Positions 21,930 through 30,300 of a stretch of 64,000 nucleotides of DNA are shown here, piece by piece. Origin of the DNA: Flectonema sp. DT1601 (lineage: Eukaryota); assembly GCA_964019425.1 (NCBI GenBank), contig OZ025792.1, positions 62,001 to 126,000 on the forward strand. Direction: 5' to 3'. The first letter of the stretch is position 1; every line of letters begins with the position of its first letter. A model generated the notes under the pieces. The model ran no database searches, was not told where the DNA came from, and saw nothing but the letters and a program-made list of their open reading frames with translations. The position numbers and the translations under genes are program-made.

Positions 21930-23996
21930 GTTAAAAATATTTACATACTTAGTGTCAATGAGAATAGCCTCATGCTCGGCAGGAACAGATCCAACGTAAG
22001 GTTCTCGATTCCGCATATCAGCTTGTGTCATCGATCCGTTCCCTTCTTGCCGATTCTTCCACGCGGTGAAGGCTGCAGCCATTCCTGCAGGGGCCCTACC
22101 TAAATGGCGTGCCCTGTCTATCTGTGTGTGCTTTCGGTATTGCAGCGAAAGCGCAGTATGTTATTGTGCTCGTGACCTCGGAAAGAAACCGGAACACATA
22201 CTTGATTATAATTTGCCTTGTATCCTTTCGCATCAAGCTTCCCGCACACCTCCATAAAAGATAACCTGTTTTGTTGTGCACTCATTCAAAGGCTCGAAAA
22301 AGAACAATACATTCCCAATACGATTTACCACTACAAAGGGATGGTGCTATCAGTATTGATACACTCAGTGAGTTGTTCATAAGAATAAGAATCTCCCATT
22401 CTCAGATTCAAAGTGGTCACTTGACTCATATATTAATATCAATAAGAATCCCCGCCAGATGGAATCCAAAACAAGTCCCCTAGTAGTGGTTTTCTCAGAG
22501 GGACACACTTTTAACTATGTTGTGACTACAGAACGGATGAGAAATCATGTGAAGGAGAGAATGCAATTACTGTACTTTCTTGTTAAAAATATTTACATAC
22601 TTAGTGTCAATGAGAATTGCCTCATGCTCGGCAGGAACAGATCCAACGTAAGGTTCTCGATTCCGCATATCAGCTTGTGTCATCGATCCGTTCCCTTCTT
22701 GCCGATTCTTCCACGCGGTGAAGGTTGCAGCCATTCCTGCAGGGGCCCTACCTAAATGGCGTGCTGTGTGTATCTGTGTGTGCTTTCGGTATTGCAGCGA
22801 AAGCGCAGTATGTTATTGTGCTCGTGACCTCGGAAAGAAACCGGAACACATACTTGATTATAACTTGCCTTGTATCCTTTCGCATCAAGCTTCCCGCACA
22901 CCTCCATAAAAGATAACCTGTTTTGTTGTGCACTCATTCAAAGGCTCGAAAAAGAACAATACATTCCCAATACGATCTACCACTACAAAGGGATGGTGCT
23001 AACAGTATTGATACACTCAGTGAGTTGTTCATAAGAATAAGAATCTCCCATTCTCAGATTCAAAGTGGTCACTTGACTCATATATTAATATCAATAAGAA
23101 TCCCCGCCAGATGGAATCCAAAACAAGTCCCCTAGTAGTGGTTTTCTCAGAGGGACACACTTTTAACTATGTTGTGACTACAGAACGGATGAGAAATCAT
23201 GTGAAGGAGAGAATGCAATTACTGTACTTTCTTGTTAAAAATATTTACATACTTAGTGTCAATGAGAATAGCCTCATGCTCGGCAGGAACAGATCCAACG
23301 TAAGGTTCTCGATTCCGCATATCAGCTTGTGTCATCGATCCGTTCCCTTCTTGCCGATTCTTCCACGCGGTGAAGGCTGCAGCCATTCCTGCAGGGGCCC
23401 TACCTAAATGGCGTGCGTTGAGTATCTGTGTGTGCTTTCGGTATTGCAGCGAAAGCGCAGTATGTTATTGTGCTCGTGACCTCGGAAAGAAACCGGAACA
23501 CATACTTGATTATAACTTGCCTTGTATCCTTTCGCATCAAGCTTCCCGCACACCTCCATAAAAGATAACCTGTTTTGTTGTGCACTCATTCAAAGGCTCG
23601 AAAAAGAACAATACATTCCCAATACGATCTACCACTACAAAGGGATGGTGCTATCAGTATTGATACACTCAGTGAGTTGTTCATAAGAATAAGAATCTCC
23701 CATTCTCACATGATTTCTCATTCGTTCTGTAGTCACAACATAGTTAAAAGTGTGTCCCTCTGAGAAAACCACTACTAGGGGACTTGTTTTGGATTCCATC
23801 TGGCGGGGATTCTTATTGATATTAATATATGAGTCAAGTGACCACTTTGAATCTGAAGGAGAGAATGCAATTACTGTACTTTCTTGTTAAAAATATTTAC
23901 ATACTTAGTGTCAATGAGAATTGCCTCATGCTCGGCAGGAACAGATCCAACGTAAGGTTCTCGATTCCGCATATCAGCTTGTGTCATCGATCCGTT
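21930..23996. repeat. 652-bp tandem repeat, three full units plus ~110 bp, near-identical
   Basis: Identical ORF fragments recur at 652-bp offsets (22066, 22718, 23370). A 145-bp segment is inverted in the third unit (23709-23853). Confidence 0.97.
21949..23987 (-). CDS. Predicted spliced exons encoding three tandem 79-aa HTH/trihelix-like repeats
   Basis: Exons 23987-23905, 23569-23506, 23425-23253, 22917-22854, 22773-22601, 22265-22202 and 22121-21949. All donors are GTATGT, all acceptors are ACAG, phases alternate 2/0 and join in frame, and there are no stop codons. Confidence 0.65.
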
Positions 23997-24161
23997 ATTC
24001 TCTTGAGTAAGCTTTCTATTAGAAGAGATTTAATGGGGGAAACATAATAATAATTCACGCACGACAGATCAACCGAATTAAAAAAAACAAATACAATTGT
24101 GAACTTACAAATTGGTTTTTGCATTGAATTCAGATGAAATACGAATCACAACCCGAGTATT

Positions 24162-25049
24162 CTACCTGCCGAGGATAACACTTCTGCTTGCAGTAGATGA
24201 AGGTGACCGCAGTCCAATTGGTGTGTCGGGAGGCGGAGTTGACGGAAGTTCAATTTCCGTAAGACCACGACGACGACCAGCACCGTCACCTAAAATAACT
24301 GAAGGCCTCGATGCGTACGATGCGGTAGAAACGGGTGAAATGATTGAACCACGAGGTGCTCTTCTCCAATTTCGAGGCAACGAAACACCCTCAACTTCAA
24401 ATACAACTTTACGTTGGTGAAGTTGAATACCGTAAATAACAATAATTGAAGAAACTAAAACACAAGCCATACCACTACAATGATATGTTATCGTCGGGTT
24501 CAGAAGTTGTAATATTTCATTCTGTTCCATCAACTTCGCATAGTCTTCTGCTGTTTTACCCTCGTCGTTGATTAAGAATGGATTTGCTTCACTTCCCAGC
24601 TGAACCCGAACTGCAGTCAGATTTCTGTGAAGACAAGCTATGTGAAGAGCAGTGTTTCCACAGGAGTCTTTAAAATCGATTGCTGCGACGAGAAGCTCCA
24701 GAGCTTCAGTATCATCAACAGACTTTACAGCAATGTGTAAGGAAGTGTTTTTATTTTTATCACAAATAGTTGGATCCGCACCATGAGATATTAACATTTG
24801 AATGGCATCACCCCATCCATAGTCAGAAACTATGTGTAGTGGAGTTCGTCCAAACTTGTCAGTAGCGTGAATAGCACTACCATAACACTCTTCTTTACTT
24901 ATTATTGTTGTTGCTGACTGTAGTCCTTGACCATATCCTAAGATATTTCTAATTAATCTTCTTTCAGCCTGTGTTGACAGTTTCTTACTGCCTTTCAACT
25001 GCGACTCATCAAGCGTCGTTCCCAACTGAGATCTCCACGACGCATTCAT
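24162..25049 (-). CDS. Ankyrin-repeat protein
   Basis: DKFGRTPLHI...LISHGADP, KNKNTSLHIA and DSCGNTALHIAC. The probable start is the ATG at 25049, after a CAG acceptor. The exon structure is uncertain. Confidence 0.8.
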   Translation of the reverse strand: MNASWRSQLGTTLDESQLKGSKKLSTQAERRLIRNILGYGQGLQSATTIISKEECYGSAIHATDKFGRTPLHIVSDYGWGDAIQMLISHGADPTICDKNKNTSLHIAVKSVDDTEALELLVAAIDFKDSCGNTALHIACLHRNLTAVRVQLGSEANPFLINDEGKTAEDYAKLMEQNEILQLLNPTITYHCSGMACVLVSSIIVIYGIQLHQRKVVFEVEGVSLPRNWRRAPRGSIISPVSTASYASRPSVILGDGAGRRRGLTEIELPSTPPPDTPIGLRSPSSTASRSVILGR

Positions 25050-25266
25050 TTCTGCAACAACTGTTTGTGAATAAATGCAATAAAAGTAACCAAATTGAAT
25101 AACATGTCTTGTGATAAAGTTCCTGGATAACAGCAGTACCATCTTGGAAAAGACGATACGAACACAAATAGGCGACAGATACGGAACCGCAATGCAAATA
25201 ACAACGTGAGTTGGGTAAATGGGAAAATCAGCATGCAAAGCAGCACTACGAGAACCAGACAATATA

Positions 25267-26826
25267 CTACTGAAGAAGTGCTCTGGCAATGTCTTGTTGC
25301 TGTTTCGCTTCAACAATCATGCGTTGCATTTTTGTATCCGAAGGGATCAAGGCAACGCTCCGAACCTTTATTATGCCGAGGGGATCTTCATTGCTGCAGT
25401 CATCTCCTATCATTCGAATAAATGAAGATCTGTCTTTCAGATAACACTTCAGTACATTATCTCTGACGTGAGGGGTTACAGAAAAAGGAGTGACCGCATC
25501 AGATTGGTTTATTTTTAATAAAGACCTTTCCCATTTAAGCCGAAGAAGAGATAACTGCGCATTACGCATTCTTACATAGCTGTTGATGAATCGAGTACAA
25601 TGTCGTAATTTCATGCGGTAGAGATGAAGGCTCTTAAGTGGCCCATAAATACTTTTAATACCTTTCAAAAAGTGATTTATTTTTGCAGTCGCTCGTCGTT
25701 TTCTCCAACGTGCAATCATTGCGCTCCATTGCAATGAACAGCAAAGAGAGCCAGATAGAAATCGAAGCCTTTTAAGTCGAAACCTACAAAGTCTTCTACT
25801 ACACACAACCTTTAACATAATAATTGAGATGAATGTGAGGACGATATTCTTTTTCCTACATTTGGATGCAGCCTTACCGAAGCTAAGCAGCGCAATTATT
25901 ATACTCCAGCCGCACCCTCTGCGAGATGAAATCAATTCGTGTTCTACAGCATCTCGACGTTCTTGCCATCTCTTGATGCGATTGGTATTCTTTGTGTCGA
26001 TATAATTTCTGTATTCGACTCTTTTTTGCTCTGTTTGTAATGTACGGAGAACTATCGACTGCTTCTTTAACTTCTTTTCATGTTCAAGTTCAAGGGGTGT
26101 GCGAATATCGCTGTTCAACTTAATGAAATCGGGATTTAATTTCGGCAGGGTTTGGTTGTCTCTTTGATTATGTTTGGACTCGGTACAGACTCTCGAAACT
26201 ATAGCATCAATATGGAAGTAGCCTCCTGGTGGTTTTCTGTTTCTGATGAAAGACGGATGTGCTGAAACTTCTTTAGGAGGCTGTGGTTGGATATCTCCCC
26301 TCGCTATGTTTGTATTACTGACAGTAAAGTGTTTCCTACGTAAACAGGAATCTATCTGAGGTCGCTGAGAAGTCGATTCTTCTAACTGCGATCTTGCTAC
26401 GGATCGCTGCTCCTCTGACTGAACTTTCTCCATCAGCTGCTCAAAGTACTGGCGCTGCTTCTTAAGTTGTCGGTCCCGTCTGTCACTACAAGATTGCATG
26501 CAGACGCTGACTTTTTTTAATAATTGTTGAACTTCTTCATTCTTTAGGAAGGTCAGTATTGACATATTCTTCCGATAGTTAGAGTACTTCGGGAATATCG
26601 CATGTGGCGGTACTTTAACTGCCCCACCTGGGGTTGCAAATCTACTAATTGTCTCATCTTGTATGCTTTTCGATACACGATGAGGAACTCTCGCAATTTT
26701 GCGTCTCCGAATTTGCAACGAACTTGAGCGAGACGTGGTTGCATTCTCAGTCAGATTATCTACTCGAGTTAAATCAAAGACACTCCTCTGGGGACTCGAA
26801 ATTAGAGGGTCAGGTATTGTTGGCAT
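25267..26826 (-). CDS. Hypothetical basic, helical/coiled-coil protein
   Basis: 519-codon ORF on the coding strand. No family recognised. Confidence 0.65.
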   Translation of the reverse strand: MPTIPDPLISSPQRSVFDLTRVDNLTENATTSRSSSLQIRRRKIARVPHRVSKSIQDETISRFATPGGAVKVPPHAIFPKYSNYRKNMSILTFLKNEEVQQLLKKVSVCMQSCSDRRDRQLKKQRQYFEQLMEKVQSEEQRSVARSQLEESTSQRPQIDSCLRRKHFTVSNTNIARGDIQPQPPKEVSAHPSFIRNRKPPGGYFHIDAIVSRVCTESKHNQRDNQTLPKLNPDFIKLNSDIRTPLELEHEKKLKKQSIVLRTLQTEQKRVEYRNYIDTKNTNRIKRWQERRDAVEHELISSRRGCGWSIIIALLSFGKAASKCRKKNIVLTFISIIMLKVVCSRRLCRFRLKRLRFLSGSLCCSLQWSAMIARWRKRRATAKINHFLKGIKSIYGPLKSLHLYRMKLRHCTRFINSYVRMRNAQLSLLRLKWERSLLKINQSDAVTPFSVTPHVRDNVLKCYLKDRSSFIRMIGDDCSNEDPLGIIKVRSVALIPSDTKMQRMIVEAKQQQDIARALLQ

Positions 26827-27377
26827 CCCTTACCTCATTAACTATCAGATAGAATTATTCAATAAAAATAAATACTTCAGCAGCAAACCATCAGCAACAT
26901 TTATTCATATTTATTATCTGAACTGTTTAAAAATTAAAACTTAGTAGTCGTGTAGACCAACAGGTGAACAATTTGCCAACAAATAACTTTGAGAATGAGA
27001 AAAGAAAAGAAAAAAAACGAAAATCTATTTATACTATATTCTAAGCACAATAATGCAGTCAAGGCAGGTTTGACAGCATCACAATTCTAAATACGGGAAA
27101 AAAAAACAAATAAAAAAACATTGTCGGTAGTAAATACTCATTCACTGGGGACTTAAAAACTAACCAGCGCTGTAATTGAAAACTTGGCATCTATGCAATG
27201 AGTAAAAGGATTATATAAAAATAAAAACGACTGACGAAATAAAGCCTCTAATGGCTTTCTGTGACTGCTGTCACGTAAGTGTTTATGTTGCAACGAGAGT
27301 TGACGCGGAAACTTCTACACCGTGCGCGCGACACAGGTAGTTTGTATGCTCCCGCAGCATTACAGCGACATCAGATT

Positions 27378-30300
27378 TTAAAATTCCAACACTCGCTTTC
27401 CGACTATCCCAAAATCAGAATCACTTTCAGGAAGACTGCTAACAGGAAGAGATCGGAAGTGCATGTTTTGTGTAACTTCGGGTTCACGAAAACGAGTTGA
27501 AGGACTCGCAACTACAGACGACGGCATTGAAAGTGGATGTCGAGAAGGAGTCACAAAGTTAGTATTAAGAGTGTGATGATGATGAGGGCGAGAGATACGT
27601 CTTCTACCAAGACCAACAGAAGGCGTTAATATCGGAGGTCCTCTTTGAAGAGAAGAACCACTTCCATCCACACAGTCACCAGGTGAACTTCCTCTAGTCT
27701 GCAACTGGTCAATTGTTAACGCGGGTGACGATCCTCTCAAACTCAATTCAACTTTCTGCATCGCATCAACAGGTGCTTGCGTAGTTGGTGATTCACGTCC
27801 GCTGACACGACTATTCCTTCGATAAGCTTCATTCTGTTCTCGTAATTCTTCTAATTGAGCGACCAGTTGTTGCTGCTGATGCTGCTGACGCTCATAAATT
27901 TCAACATTTGTGGGATTTCCAAATTGATGAGCGGCATTAGGCTGCTGCTGGGATATGAATTCTTGCTGTTGGTACGCTACCTGTTGTTGACTGATCAACT
28001 GATTGTCTGTAAACTGTTCAGTTGGTTGGTAGACGGGTTGGTTCTGTTGATAATCTGCGATATTATTTTGAAGTGGTGTCGGTGAAGCAAAGTCAACCTG
28101 CGCCTGTGCAGGTTGGCTCTCCCTCCTCTGCTGCGCTGGGTAGTGCTGAGCCCAAACTGAAACGGCTTCTTGTGGAGTTCCCTCAGCGCTCCGTTCAACA
28201 ACTTCATTTACTTTAATACAAAAAGGTGTTGTGGGCAGCAGTGGTAACGGCTGCAGTGGCTGCTTCTTAACTGGAGTTCTCGTTGAACGCTGATCTGAGA
28301 GATCGAAATGAATTGTATTTCCGGAAGGTGTTTCTTCCGGAAGATGTTGCTGAAAATTGCCGAAAATTGGAGTTTGCTGAAAACCAGGTGGAGGACCTGG
28401 GTGTGTATGTGCTGTGTTGCTGCGGGAGTCAACTTCATTTTGAGGTCTTGTTTTTATGCTACTCTGAGGTGAGAACGAGTCGAGTGAGCTACTGAACTGA
28501 CGAGCAGTTGCTACTTCAATAGTAACTCCAGGAGGATGTTTACTAACAGGGGTTGGCATGTTTCCGACCTGAATGGTGTCACGAGCAGCAGCAGCAGCAG
28601 GTGGCTTTGGGGGATCTCGCGTTGGCTTTCGTATCGGAGTGTTGTTAGCCGTTGAGAATAACTTCGTCGCAATTTCATCTCCTCGTTCAGAAACAGATTC
28701 CACGACAGCTGCAGCTCCACCAGAGTTTGATGGATTTCGTAAGGAGGGTACTTTTAACTTCATACCACTTCCTGGTGAGTCTACAGCTGATATTGAATTA
28801 TTAACACTTTGTTGTGTCTGACCTGTAAACCGTTGTGGAGAGTGAGAAGCTGTCAATACTATCGCATTCGTTGATGGCGTCTTCAGTTCTGGTTGCCATC
28901 GAGCTTCAGGGCTTTCAGTGACGTTAATATCAGAAGATCGAATAGTAATAACATCATTATGAGAAAGATTGAAGTCTTTACCTGTTTCGTTATCAGTTAG
29001 TTTTTTCCCTGACTGCGTAATTAGTTCTAACCTTTCAAGTGGAATGTTCAACAGACCAGATGCCGTATCTCGTAATGACTTTACACGAGTGTCTTGAAGG
29101 TTTGCTGCGCTTCCACTCGACATTTTAAATTTCTTTCCTTCCCAAGGAACATACAAAAAGAAGTTTCCTCCATCATTATGACTGGGCTTCTTAGCTGTTA
29201 TAATATCTCCAGGCTGAAGTGTTATTTGATTACTCTCAGTTTGGTTATTCAATACGAATGATTCGTTGTTTCTAGACAGCTCAGATGTTTCACCAGCTTC
29301 GTTTATTCTTCTGACTGACTCAAACAATTCCCTTACTGATAATTTATTGTTAATACTTATTACTACTTGTTGTTTATCTCCATTCAACCATGGACATAAT
29401 ATTACTATGTCTATCGCTTTGTGTTGTTCGGTACTTTCCTGAGCGGTTAGGACGTCTCCTGGTGAGATATTCGAAGAGTAAATACTTTCTTGTGGATCGA
29501 GTAAATGTTTATTTCTCAACAATCGAACGAGACCTGCCACTGGAACTGATTCAGCTATACTGCCAATTGATTGATTGTATCTCGCAGGTGTTGTCACATG
29601 TGTTTGTAACCACGGTATACTAATAACAATATCAAAACTCTTACTGCAGGTAACAACCAGAATATCATTTTTTGAAATATTTAAATTGCTGAGTATTTGA
29701 TCAGATTCCAACAAGTTATTTGATGAAGACAATTGAATATATTCGGGGACTACTTTTAGTAACGTCGCTACCATAGTCACCACTGATGAGACTAACTGTG
29801 ACTTCTTAACTAAGACAACGTGTTTGTTGTTTGAATCTGCCCACGGCACCACAACTGTTACTTCAAACTGACTGCTGATCGCTGATTTTTGTTGAGCTAA
29901 AATTACATCACCTCCGTGAATTTCAAAATTGCATATCTTCTGATCCTCAGAAAGAACTGAAGAAGATTTGGTTAGTTCAATGCTTCCTTCTTCTGCAGAG
30001 ATCTTCCCACAAACCTCATCAATGACTTCCTTTATCGTTGTGTTTGAAGTAACTGAAATTCGATGCTGTTGTTGTGTAGCCCACGGGGTGACAACTATCA
30101 GTGAGATTTGTGTTTCAGGAGGGGAGTCCTGCTCTCCCGTAAGTATCATTCCATTTACAATTCCAAACGAAGTTCCCATCTGAGAAGGTTGCAATACGAT
30201 TCCATCTGATGTACGAAGGGAGAGGTTTGGTTCAACAGAATTACCAGTTTGACAACAGAGAGAATTAATGATCTCCTGAACAGTGTTGGTCAGCTGAGTT

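Noticed and set aside
21930..23996. 652-bp repeat as a snoRNA cluster or spliced-leader RNA array
   Set aside because: No paired C (RTGATGA) and D boxes and no recognisable SL exon were found. The hairpin before AGA at about 22120-22160 lacks a 3' pseudouridylation pocket. The in-phase exon model explains the unit better.
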